Shown: positions 1 to 8,383 of the stretch, piece after piece
How the letters are laid out: each line of letters starts with the position of its first letter
Numbering within the stretch: position 1 is the first letter of the stretch
Origin: Alphaproteobacteria bacterium
Lineage (GTDB): Bacteria > Pseudomonadota > Alphaproteobacteria > Bin95
Assembly: GCA_965205265.1 (NCBI GenBank)
Contig: CBDBGH010000001.1
Span: 1-64,000, forward strand
Length of the DNA stretch: 64,000 nt
Direction: 5' to 3'
The notes under the pieces: generated by a model
The model's database searches: none
Seen by the model: only the letters and a program-made list of their open reading frames with translations
What the model was told of the DNA's origin: nothing
Position numbers and translations under genes: made by a program

Positions 1-1512
1 GGGCCAATGATGGTGGGATAATAGAGCGGATTTCGCACGGCCGAACCTCATCTGGAGTTGCCGGTAGCGATGCCTCATGCGGATAGTCCAGCTATCTTGC
101 GGTTCATCGATGAACGGGTAACTGGGCCGTCCACCTTTGCCGAGTCCCAGTCGCCGGTGGGAGAACTCGCAGGTGGCCACACAGCGGCCCGGGTGCTCGA
201 ACGGCTCGGTCTCGGCCTCGACGAAGCGGTGTTCGAATGACCACTGGCCGGCGGTCGATGTTCCATCGTGCCACCAGTCCTCGCTGATCGTGTAGCGCAC
301 GAGCATGCGCATCTGTTCAGCCGCAACCACATTGCAGAATGCGATGGTGTTCTGACCCGGTTCGGGACCGTCGGGGGCATCGTCTTCGATGTAGCGCCCG
401 TGACGCCGAATGCCCATCCGTTCGTCGCGGGCATCGCCGCTGGTGTACTGACCGCGGCAACGTAGGCATTGCATGTCGGGACCGGCCAAGTGGACGCGCC
501 ATTTCGCAGAGAGCAGACGGTCTCGCGAGTCCACGAGAACCCCACCGTCAATCAAGGGAAGGCAGTTTGCGTAAGAGAGGTGATTGAGAACCTCGCGCGC
601 CTCGGCATTGTCGACGCAGCACACGATGAGGTCTGCGTCGGCTGCGAGCCGGTAGGCGCGCTCCGTACGAATGGACAAGGGTACGGGGTGAAGGACCGGA
701 CGGCGCGAGGCGGCAATCCTGCGAAGGTGAGCAACCGCCACATCCGTCTTGGGCAGTCCGAGGCAGTGTCGGTCAGCGTAGATCAGGCGATCGAGGTTTC
801 TGTCCTCGACAAGGTCGGGGTCGATCACGGTGATCTGCTCGAACCCGGTGCGCGCGAGGCATTCGAGGACGATGGAACCGACACTGCCCGCCCCGACGAC
901 GCAGACATGGGTGCGAGCGAGGCGTGCCTGTGCGTAGATGCCCCAACTGTCCACGGTGCGTACGAGGCTTGGACGGCGAGTGTAGGGCGGGTGCGCGCCC
1001 GGAGCGCAATCCGCTCGAGTGCGGCGCGGCCCGACCCGTCGAACGTCCGTACAGTGAGCGGGCGCGATCTGGCCAAGGCCGGCTTCCTGCCAGAAGCGAG
1101 CGCTCCAGACGCCGTCCGAACCCATGGTCAGGCCGAGCAGCGGCAAGCCGGTCTCTCGAACGAAGGGTGAGACGATGTTGCGCTCGGTGTCGTCATCCAT
1201 GCCGCTCAGGGCCTGCCAGCCGGGGCCAGGATGGCTGTGAAGGACGGCAACGCCAGCCTGCGCCTTGAGCGCGCGGTCGAGGACACGGTTGAGGTATCCG
1301 CCGTGCACGGTGACGTTGCCGTGCAGATCCCGGTCGCCGTCTTCCGGCAGGACGATGTCCGCGAGAATCCCGGTATAGCGGTTGAAGCCGTCGCCGCTGT
1401 GCCAGAGCGCGAGGCAAGCCTCTTCCTGCAGGCCACCGCGGCGCAGCCCGCTCAGGAGGTGATCCGCGAGTTGACGGTGGAGCGCCTCGCGCAGAACGAC
1501 GCGATGATTCAA
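1..1512 (-). CDS. JAB/MPN metalloprotease + ThiF/E1-like adenylyltransferase fusion (3'-partial, runs off window)
   Basis: Manual translation from the TTG at 1512, which overlaps the stop of the upstream E2-like gene: MNHRVVLREALHRQLADHLL...QEEAC...VLHSHPGPGWQALSGMDDD (JAB E...HxH...S-x2-D), then VCVVGAGSVG (Rossmann), DPDLVEDRNLDR, DLIVCCVDN and CLRC. 504 codons with no stop before base 1, which is why the ORF track misses it. Confidence 0.9.
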   Translation of the reverse strand, partial: MNHRVVLREALHRQLADHLLSGLRRGGLQEEACLALWHSGDGFNRYTGILADIVLPEDGDRDLHGNVTVHGGYLNRVLDRALKAQAGVAVLHSHPGPGWQALSGMDDDTERNIVSPFVRETGLPLLGLTMGSDGVWSARFWQEAGLGQIAPAHCTDVRRVGPRRTRADCAPGAHPPYTRRPSLVRTVDSWGIYAQARLARTHVCVVGAGSVGSIVLECLARTGFEQITVIDPDLVEDRNLDRLIYADRHCLGLPKTDVAVAHLRRIAASRRPVLHPVPLSIRTERAYRLAADADLIVCCVDNAEAREVLNHLSYANCLPLIDGGVLVDSRDRLLSAKWRVHLAGPDMQCLRCRGQYTSGDARDERMGIRRHGRYIEDDAPDGPEPGQNTIAFCNVVAAEQMRMLVRYTISEDWWHDGTSTAGQWSFEHRFVEAETEPFEHPGRCVATCEFSHRRLGLGKGGRPSYPFIDEPQDSWTIRMRHRYRQLQMRFGRAKSALLSHHHWP

Positions 1513-1934
1513 CGTGGGCTCCAGATTCTGCGAATGTGCCTGTTCAGGTAGGTTTCCATGTTCTTGCCGTTCGGGGTGTCGATCCGATCCCAGAAGTCGC
1601 TCGGCGGGGCGCTGACCGCCATCCAGTCGAGGCCGTGAGCGCACTGGAAGGTCTGGATGGCGCCCGGAGAGCGGGATCCCTTTACCAACTCCGCCAGCAC
1701 GAGGTCGGGGGGCGAGAGGTAAAGCCAGTGGGGCGCAACTTCGGGCCACTCGCCCTCGTCCTGGTGCATCGCGAGGGCCAGGGTCACGATCTCCCCCGTG
1801 CGGCTGCCGTCCTCGATACGGTACGGGAAGCGGACGCCGTCGGCGCCACCCTGCTGTTCGGGCGCTGCGAACGGACTCGTGCGATAGCCCAGGGCGACGA
1901 GTTCGGCGGCGAAGCGCTCGGAGTTGCTGCTCAT
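1509..1934 (-). CDS. Prokaryotic E2/UBC-like protein
   Basis: 141 aa, translationally coupled between the Ubl and the JAB-E1 genes. WPEVAPHWLY and WMAVSAPPSDFW motifs resemble prokaryotic E2 families. The call relies partly on context. Confidence 0.7.
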   Translation of the reverse strand: MSSNSERFAAELVALGYRTSPFAAPEQQGGADGVRFPYRIEDGSRTGEIVTLALAMHQDEGEWPEVAPHWLYLSPPDLVLAELVKGSRSPGAIQTFQCAHGLDWMAVSAPPSDFWDRIDTPNGKNMETYLNRHIRRIWSPR

Positions 1935-2173
1935 GCGAACGGCGCCCCCTCGTCTGGCGCGGCCCGAAACACGCTGTGCTTGTCGAGGTCGACCATTTGC
2001 CCGGAAACAAAGGTGACATCGGAGTCCGGTACTCTCAGCACGTACCCGTTCTTGTCTGGATCCTTGCCGATGGCCTTGCCAGCGAAGGCGATCCGCAACA
2101 GAACGGCAGCATCGACGGTCTGCTGGTCGGCGAAGAAGGTCTCGCCGTTCACCTTGAATTCGAACTCGTCCAT
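1931..2173 (-). CDS. Ubiquitin-like (multi-ubiquitin-domain type, beta-grasp) small protein
   Basis: 80 aa, FEFKVNGETF...VLLRIA...YVL...VDL...F pattern typical of bacterial Ubl domains. ATGA overlap with the E2-like gene. C-terminus is ...APDEGAPFA. Confidence 0.75.
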   Translation of the reverse strand: MDEFEFKVNGETFFADQQTVDAAVLLRIAFAGKAIGKDPDKNGYVLRVPDSDVTFVSGQMVDLDKHSVFRAAPDEGAPFA

Positions 2174-2249
2174 CTCAGTGTCCTCTGATCTGTGGGTTCT
2201 CCCGCACCATTGCGCGGTCCATGCCCAGGGCGATAGAGTCCGGCAGCGG

Positions 2250-2299
2250 ATGTCAACCGGAGGTTGATATTATTAAGAAACAAGTACATTATGTCAACC
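2250..2299. promoter_or_regulatory. Overlapping divergent sigma70 promoters with three ATRTCAACC operator half-sites
   Basis: Minus strand TTGACA-17-AATAAT (towards the Ubl operon); plus strand TTGATA-17-CATTAT (towards the HTH gene). Half-sites ATGTCAACC at 2250-2258 and 2291-2299, inverted GGTTGATAT at 2262-2270. Confidence 0.65.
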
Positions 2300-2325
2300 A
2301 TGGATCAACGAGAGAGGAGGATCGG

Positions 2326-3405
2326 ATGTTTGGACAACGACTCCGGCTCGCCCGGAAGCGGGCCGGTCTATCGATGCGGGAGCTCGCGGACGCGATGAGA
2401 CCGAAGGTGACCGCTCAGGCGATCAGCAAGTACGAGGCGGGCAAGATGCTGCCCTCCTCGGCCGTGCTGGTCGGTCTCGGGAAGGCTCTCGACGTCTCGC
2501 TGGACTTCCTGATGAGTGCGCAGGTCGAGACGCTCGAGGCGCTCGAGTTCCGGAAGCACTCCCGTGCTTCGGCCCGCGATCGTGCAAAGGCCGAGGCGGT
2601 CGTGATTGATATCCTGGAGCGGTATCTGGCGATCGAGCACATCCTCGACATCGGGACCAGCGTCGACTGGATGGAGGGGCGGCGCTACGACAGCGTGGCG
2701 AGCGAGCCCCAGATCGACGAGAGGGCCGATGAACTCCGTGGTGCCTGGGATCTCGGCCTCGACCCCATCCCCAGCTTGTGCAAGCTGCTTGAGGACAAGG
2801 GAATCAAGGTGGTGGAAGCCGATCTCCCGGAGAGCATCAACGGGCTCTCGTGCCACGTTCTCCGGGGCGGCGAGATCGTCGCCGAGGCTGTCGTCGTGTC
2901 CAGCCGGATCAATGTCGAGCGCAAGCGCTTCACTCTGGCCCACGAGCTCGCGCACAGGATCATCCGCTCCACCGGGAATCCGGCAATCGACATCGAACGG
3001 GCAATGAACCGCTTCGCCGGTGCGTTTCTGGTTCCCGGTCAGTGCCTTCGGGAGGAAGTTGGCGCCAATCGGCACAGGATCACCTACTACGAGATCGTCC
3101 GCCTGAAACAAATCTACGGTGTGTCGGCCGCAGCTCTGCTGAGGCGTCTTGGGCAGGTGGGCGTTCTGTCAGAGGGCGCCGTACAGCACGCCTTCGCGAC
3201 CTTTGCCAGGTCCTGGCGCAGATCGGAACCGGACCCGATCCAACCCGAACATGGATTCGCGGCCTTCGAGAAGCCTCGTCGCTTCAAGCGGCTCGTTTGG
3301 CGAGCGGTGGGCGAGGGGTTGATCTCGCCCGTGCGCGCGGCCGCGCTTCTCAACCAGTCGCTCGAATCGGTCGAGCGGCAGATCAGCGGTCCGGCCATCC
3401 AGTGA
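2326..3405 (+). CDS. XRE-family HTH + ImmA/IrrE (HExxH) metallopeptidase fusion regulator
   Basis: MFGQRLRLARKRAGLSMRELA...AISKYEAGK HTH and RFTLAHELAH zincin motif. RBS GAGGAGG precedes the ATG at 2326. Confidence 0.92.
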   Translation: MFGQRLRLARKRAGLSMRELADAMRPKVTAQAISKYEAGKMLPSSAVLVGLGKALDVSLDFLMSAQVETLEALEFRKHSRASARDRAKAEAVVIDILERYLAIEHILDIGTSVDWMEGRRYDSVASEPQIDERADELRGAWDLGLDPIPSLCKLLEDKGIKVVEADLPESINGLSCHVLRGGEIVAEAVVVSSRINVERKRFTLAHELAHRIIRSTGNPAIDIERAMNRFAGAFLVPGQCLREEVGANRHRITYYEIVRLKQIYGVSAAALLRRLGQVGVLSEGAVQHAFATFARSWRRSEPDPIQPEHGFAAFEKPRRFKRLVWRAVGEGLISPVRAAALLNQSLESVERQISGPAIQ

Positions 3406-3932
3406 CATGTGTTATCGTCAACGACGCTTCGTGCCTGATCGACCTCCGCAAGGGAGGTCTGCTGGACGTCGTTTTCGATCTGCCCTACCGACTCGTGATC
3501 CCGTTGCCCGTGCGGGCCTTCGAAATACTCGACCTTTCGGAGGCTGAGTGGAAGGCCCTCGACGAGGCCGGCATGATCACGCACGATCTGACGGAGGAGG
3601 AAGTCGGTCAGGCACTCGTGGTGAAGGGGCGTCATCCAAGTCTCTCCACGAACGACTGCTTCTGCCTGGTTACCGCAACGATCTATTCCGGCATCTTGCT
3701 CACGGGCGACGCCTTGCTGCGCAGGGTTGCTGCGGGAAGCGGAATGCGGGTGCATGGCGTGCTCTGGGTGGTCGACGAACTTGAGGCCGCAGAGGCTTGC
3801 AGCAGATCGCTTCTCAGTCGGGCGCTCAAGGCGTGGCAGTCGGACGACACGGTGTTCCTGCCTTCTGACGAAATCAGCACGCGGCTTGAGTATCTCGCAG
3901 AAGCCGGACCACGGCGGGGGAGGCCAGGATGA
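3402..3932 (+). CDS. PIN-domain protein (VapC-like ribonuclease fold)
   Basis: GTG start overlapping the upstream TGA. IVNDASCLIDL...SLSTNDCFCL...LLTGDALLR...VHGVLWV carries the PIN acidic residues. Confidence 0.85.
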   Translation: MTCVIVNDASCLIDLRKGGLLDVVFDLPYRLVIPLPVRAFEILDLSEAEWKALDEAGMITHDLTEEEVGQALVVKGRHPSLSTNDCFCLVTATIYSGILLTGDALLRRVAAGSGMRVHGVLWVVDELEAAEACSRSLLSRALKAWQSDDTVFLPSDEISTRLEYLAEAGPRRGRPG

Positions 3933-4052
3933 ACGGGCTTCTCGGTCCCCCTCAAGTCGATGCCGACCTCGGAAAGCAGCGCCTTCAGTAAGCGATTGAA
4001 GTACGGCGTCCGTGGCGGTCCCTCCCCTCCCTTTTCCGTTCGACAGTATAGG

Positions 4053-4165
4053 GCATTGCCGGTTACCGGATGGCCATCGGGACGAATCCCCACGGCGTCC
4101 ATCGTGTACCAGGTTATCTGGTTCGCGAAGCATTGCCGGTTACCGGATGGCCATCGGGACGAATC
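4053..4165. repeat. Two identical 36-bp direct repeats separated by a 41-bp unique segment
   Basis: GCATTGCCGGTTACCGGATGGCCATCGGGACGAATC at 4053-4088 and 4130-4165, with internal palindromes CCGG-TTA-CCGG and GATGGCCATC. Confidence 0.9.
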
Positions 4166-4215
4166 ACTTCGGGGGCCGCCATGGCGACAGGTCGGGATCG
4201 GACGGGCGGACGGGC

Positions 4216-4496
4216 CATGCGGACTGGACGCCAGGGAGAGATCCGGGACCGGACGTCCGGAGCCCGGCACTTCCGGAACGCAGGGCCGAACCTGCTGGCG
4301 GCGGCCATCGTCCGCTGGAACACCGACCAGCCCGGCCGTGCAGTCCGGTAACGCAGGCGCACGGGCATCGGGATACGCGACAGCCTTCCCGCCACCCGGA
4401 TGGGAACACATCCTCCTGACAGGCGAATACAGATGGCCCGGAGTGCCGAACCCGATCGTCTGGAGTGTCATTTCGCCCCCTGGCGGAATCGACCCC
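4216..4496 (+). pseudogene. Tn3-family transposase C-terminal remnant with terminal inverted repeat
   Basis: GRQGEIRDRT...GWEHILLTGEYRWP matches the C-terminus of the tnpA at 13755-16658. The 38-bp IR at 4459-4496 reads GGGGTCGATTCCGCCAGGGGGCGAAA... in reverse complement. Confidence 0.8.
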
Positions 4497-4718
4497 TACG
4501 GCGCGTCCGCGTCCGTCCGCGATCCTCTCCAGCCCGCTATCGCCGCACCCTGGCCCCGAAAGCGCCCGTAATGTTGGCTGTCCCTGCGTCGAGGAAACCT
4601 GCGGCCCCGCCGTAACGGGGACCGCCGGGAATGCCCTCGATGGACCACGAACCGTCACCGGCAACCGAACGGAAGGCCATGCCCCGACCCGCCGGTCACG
4701 GGGTGGCCGGGATATCCC

Positions 4719-4760
4719 GTGACTGCCCCCCGCCCTGAAGGACGGGGCCTCCTGCTTCCC
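4719..4760 (-). mobile_element. Orphan IS200/IS605-IS607 (tnpB-type) right-end hairpin
   Basis: Minus strand reads GAAGCAGGAGGCCCCGTCCTTCAGGGCGGGGGGCAGTCAC, resembling the GAAGCAGGAA-CCCCGTCCTTCAGGGCGGGG-GTCAC/GTCAA ends of tnpB elements. No tnpB ORF is seen. Confidence 0.55.
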
Positions 4761-4977
4761 GGCCCACGGAAGACCGCGCGCCCGCGCCACCGTCGCCGAC
4801 GGCCCCACGTCGATGCGCGTCATATGGCCCTCGAACCGCCCGTCCAGAATACGGTCGTTTGCCGGACCTGCCGTCCGCCGGTCCGGAAGGCCCCTTCCGG
4901 ACGGGAACCCGGACAGCTTGCTTTCCGGACGGGTTTCTGGAATGCTGACTCCGGGACTTCGGGTCGGGAGGTGGGCA

Positions 4978-5534
4978 ATGGCCGGGATCGGCTATGTGCG
5001 TGTGTCCACGCACGATCAGGGCGCTGCGCTGCAGTCCGATGCGCTGGCGCAGGCGGGCGTGGAACGCATCTTCGAGGATATCGGTGTGTCGGGCGCGACC
5101 ACCGTCCGGCCGGGACTGGACGCGGCGCTGGACCACCTGCGGGAGGGAGATGCGTTCGTCGTCTGGAGGCTGGGTCGCTCGATGGGCCATCTTCCTGAGA
5201 CGGCTGGCGCACTGGAATCCCGGGGCATCGGGTTCCGGTCCCTGACGGAGTCGACCGACACCACCACGCCCGCCGGTCGTCTGGTGTTCCACATCTTCGG
5301 GGACTGAGCCAGTTCGAGCGCGACCTCATCCGGGAGCGGACACAGGCGGGCCTTCGGGCCGCGCGGGCCCGCGGACGCCGGGGCGGCAGGCCCAAGGCCG
5401 TCACGCCAGCCATCGTCGCGCGCGCCAGGGAGCTCATCGACCAGGGTCTCACGGTGCGCGAGGCCGCGGCCCGTGTCAGGGTCGGCAAGTCAACCCTCTA
5501 CACCGCCCTGGCGGCGGACCGGCCGACGGCCTGA
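4978..5534 (+). pseudogene. Serine resolvase/invertase, frameshifted
   Basis: IGYVRVSTHDQ...DTTTPAGRLVFHIFG, then frameshift near 5300 to SQFERDLIRERT...GGRP...KSTLY. Confidence 0.85.
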
Positions 5535-5574
5535 GATGCGGAACCCACGGGCGAGACCGATGGCCTGGGCTACG

Positions 5575-5700
5575 TTTGCCGAAGCGGCCGAATCAGACGA
5601 AGGCCCCATGAGTGACTTCGTGGCGGAATGCCGGCCACCGAGAGGCTGTGCGCCGGTGCCTTTGGCGGCGGAAGCCCGATGCCCGGTTCGCGCCCGGCCA
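5575..5700 (+). pseudogene. Tn3 transposase internal fragment
   Basis: AEAAESDEGPMSDFVAECR matches tnpA AEAAESNEGLVSDFVAECR. Confidence 0.65.
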
Positions 5701-5791
5701 GCGCCTTCAGGCAGCCCGACAGCTGCGGGGTGTTCGGACAGAGTGCGTTGTTCCGCTGTTCATTCATACGGGTTTCCAGTATAGTGATGTC

Positions 5792-6043
5792 ATGATCGGG
5801 GGCTTCGACCCCGCCAAGGATGCCGCGAACCGGGAGAAGCACGGGCTGTCCCTGGCTCTCGGGCACCGCATCTTCGCGGATCCCGGTTTCCTGATCGTTT
5901 CCTCGGTCCGGGAACGGGTCGGCGCCGTCGGCGGGAAGCTGCATACGGGCGTGTTCGTCTGGCGGGGAGGCAGACCGAGATTCATGTCCGTGAGAGGGAG
6001 CAACGGAAGTGAAGAAAGAACTTACCGACGGACTGAAGGCTGA
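5792..6043 (+). CDS. BrnT-family toxin (probably degenerate, internal deletion)
   Basis: FDPAKDAANREKHGLSL...RFMSVRGSNGSEERTY is the typical BrnT pattern. Confidence 0.7.
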   Translation: MIGGFDPAKDAANREKHGLSLALGHRIFADPGFLIVSSVRERVGAVGGKLHTGVFVWRGGRPRFMSVRGSNGSEERTYRRTEG

Positions 6044-6290
6044 TCCGGACGACCCGGAAGACTTCGATGCGCCCCCCGAGGCCCTGGAGCGGGCCCGGAA
6101 GTCCCGTCTGATCCGCATGACCCGGACCGGACTCGGACTTTCGCAGGCGGAGTTCGCGCGCCGTTTCCGGGTGCCGCAGGGAACTCTGCGCGACTGGGAG
6201 CAGGCGCGCTCAACGCCTCCGGACTTCGCGGCCGCCTATGCCAAGGTGATCGCCCGGTATCCGGATCTCGTGGCGAAGGAAGTCGCCTGA
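6009..6290 (+). CDS. XRE/HigA-like HTH antitoxin
   Basis: GLSQAEFARRFRVPQGTLRDWEQAR; overlaps the toxin gene. Confidence 0.8.
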   Translation: MKKELTDGLKADPDDPEDFDAPPEALERARKSRLIRMTRTGLGLSQAEFARRFRVPQGTLRDWEQARSTPPDFAAAYAKVIARYPDLVAKEVA

Positions 6291-6323
6291 CGCGTTCCGC
6301 ACCCGGCGCTGCGGTCCGCGGGC

Positions 6324-6690
6324 CAATGGCATTCGGATAGCGGAAGCCAGGGCCTTTTCGGTGGCCGTTCGGTGCGGCAGGCGGCCCGGCGCATGGTCCA
6401 CCTGCCGCGTCGCCTCCGGATACACCGCCCGGCCCATGTCCATCCACCATTGCCGCAGGGATTCGACGGCGAAAGCGGCCATGTCGTTTCCGGCGCCGAC
6501 GCTGACCCAGCCAGCATTCCGCGTCATGTCGTGGACGCCATACGGAACCGCCCGTCCGGGTTCAGGATCGGGAAGGTCGTGGACATTCACATCTTCCGGA
6601 AAACCCTTGGCGTGCCAGTCCCGCCCGTGGTTGCGGAAGCGGCCGACGGGCTCCTTCTTTTTCGTGTCCACCGACACGACCGGCTGCATC
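6324..6690 (-). pseudogene. ISAzo13-family transposase fragment, abutted by an IS4-type end
   Basis: QPVVSVDTKKKE...VHD...AVPYGVHD...GWVSVG...FAVESLRQWW. CAATGGCATTCGGATAG at about 6324-6340 matches the IR of the element at 36122. Confidence 0.75.
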
Positions 6691-6856
6691 AGGCGCTGAA
6701 CAGCTTCGGCATCCACTCGCCTTCCGAGTCCGCCAGGTGCTGCTCGGCAATGGCGTGCCAGAGCATGGCCGCCGCCGACGCGCCGCGCACCACGTTGAAC
6801 AGATGAACCTCCGTGACCTCTACCTCGTATGTTCAGAGAATCAGGAATGAAAGGAG

Positions 6857-7246
6857 GTGGTGAGGGCCGGGTTCATGACGCTGACGCGGCGGGGGCTCGC
6901 GGACCTGCGCCGGACCGCCGCGGCGCTGGAGGGCAGCCCGGCCTTGCAGGAGCAGGTGATCGGGTATATCCTCCGGACCTACCAGGACGTGGACCTCGAC
7001 GCCCTCGGCGACGCCGGGGCCAGCCGGATGGAGGGGATCATGGGGACGGTCGCCGAGACACTGAGGGCCGAGGGAAAGGCAGAGGGAAGGGCCGAGTTCC
7101 TTGTCCACCTGCTCGAGAGCCGGTTCGGGCCCCTGCCCCTGAATCTCAGGAGCCGCATCGCCGGCGCGGAGCCCACCCAGCTCGACGGCTGGTTCGACCG
7201 GGGTCCGGGAGCCGGGAGCCTGGACGCGGTCTTCGGGGATGGATGA
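6857..7246 (+). pseudogene. Rpn/YhgA-like (DUF4351-type) C-terminal fragment
   Basis: MGTVAETLRAEGKAEGRAE...LLESRFGPLP...RIAGA...QLDGWFDR; the N-terminal nuclease domain is missing. Confidence 0.6.
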
Positions 7247-7666
7247 TCCGGGGCCCGTATCGGAGTGGCAGGGGACGCCGGTCATGCGGCCGTCACCGAC
7301 GCACAGCAACCACGGCATGGGGACCTCAGCGGCCGCGCCCGCCGCGGTCACCGTCCTCTCCGGGCGCGACGCGGAGACAGCCTGCACAATGGGCGACGCA
7401 TCCGCCTGCGATGTGGTGGCGCGGCACAGTCACGGGCCTGGAACGCCGCGGCGGCGGCGGAACCGTGTCCGGGACCTCCGCGACGGCACTGTTCGGAGCC
7501 AGTGAGTCATCCCGGATCCAGACCCTCACTTTCCAGCAAAAATCGCTTGGAGCCTCTGGAAGTTCGGCTTAAAGGTGAAGTTCGGATTGCGGGAACGACT
7601 TATCCCCTTCGCTAAGGCGAAAAAATAGCTCGATTCGAATCTTCGACGATCAGGCGTGACATTGCT

Positions 7667-8383
7667 TCAACCGAGCCCCTCCAGAAGGACGTCCAACGCG
7701 GTTGCTGTAACAACGCCAACTGAAACATCCCCAAGTGCCTTGGAAACCTGCTGTTTGGAAACCGTGCCCGAACGCAGAGCCTGAGCGGCAGTCACTGCGC
7801 CGGCCAGAAGGGCCGACGTTGTGGCGCCGTCAAGAGCCTCCCCTGCCAAGGTGTCGCCAGGCAGGTCGGAGAGGACGGATTCGACTTGACGCGAGAGTTC
7901 GGCATTTGAATGTCCGGAAGATGAGACGGACGGCATGGCCTCCGCAGCTTCTTCCGTGGCCACGACCTCGATCTCGGGATATCGGGCCAGATGCTCCCTG
8001 ATTGCGCTCGGCGATGCGACCGCCTTCAGTTGAATCGCCCGAATGACGTTGCCATCCACGACGAATTCGACGTCTGCCCCGGGATGATTGGTTGCCTCAA
8101 AAACCTGCGCGGTCACCTCGTCGCCATCGTTGTTCTCGGCATGCACGAACAGAAGCTCATGGTAGAGGCCTTTCACATTGGCCGCCAAGCCGCGCAGCTG
8201 TTCGGGCGACATGGGTCCGACATGCTCGGCGAGCCGTTCCACGCTGGCTTCGTTCAGGTCTGGGGCCGACCTTCGCAGAGCATCCAACACCAAGCGTTCC
8301 TCCAGTGTCCAGAACCGCCTGGCGTCATCCACGAGACGCTGAAGCGTGACAGCGATGACAACCGCCGCGCTTCGGCTCAACAT
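7667..8383 (-). CDS. Putative PD-(D/E)XK nuclease-fold protein with hydrophobic C-terminus
   Basis: Start ATG at 8383 overlaps the upstream stop (ATGTTGA). Motifs KGLYHE...NHPGAD...IQLKA; Ala/Gly-rich hydrophobic tail. Confidence 0.6.
   Translation of the reverse strand: MLSRSAAVVIAVTLQRLVDDARRFWTLEERLVLDALRRSAPDLNEASVERLAEHVGPMSPEQLRGLAANVKGLYHELLFVHAENNDGDEVTAQVFEATNHPGADVEFVVDGNVIRAIQLKAVASPSAIREHLARYPEIEVVATEEAAEAMPSVSSSGHSNAELSRQVESVLSDLPGDTLAGEALDGATTSALLAGAVTAAQALRSGTVSKQQVSKALGDVSVGVVTATALDVLLEGLG

Noticed and set aside
1-1512. Thiamine/molybdopterin biosynthesis ThiF/MoeB, or CBASS
   Set aside because: It has a JAB fusion and an E2-like neighbour, with no thi/moa genes and no CD-NTase visible in the window.
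469-1551. Plus-strand ORFs 469-1170 and 1231-1551
   Set aside because: They are antisense shadows of the JAB-E1 gene.
2850-3401. N-terminal extension of the 360-aa ORF 2850-3932
   Set aside because: It overlaps the HTH-peptidase out of frame; the PIN domain starts at the GTG at 3402.
4053-4165. Calling a bona fide CRISPR array
   Set aside because: There are only two repeats, no cas genes in the window and an unrecognised repeat class. It is kept as a repeat and an open finding.
7250-7500. Possible ISAs1 transposase remnant
   Set aside because: The resemblance is too faint to support without a search.
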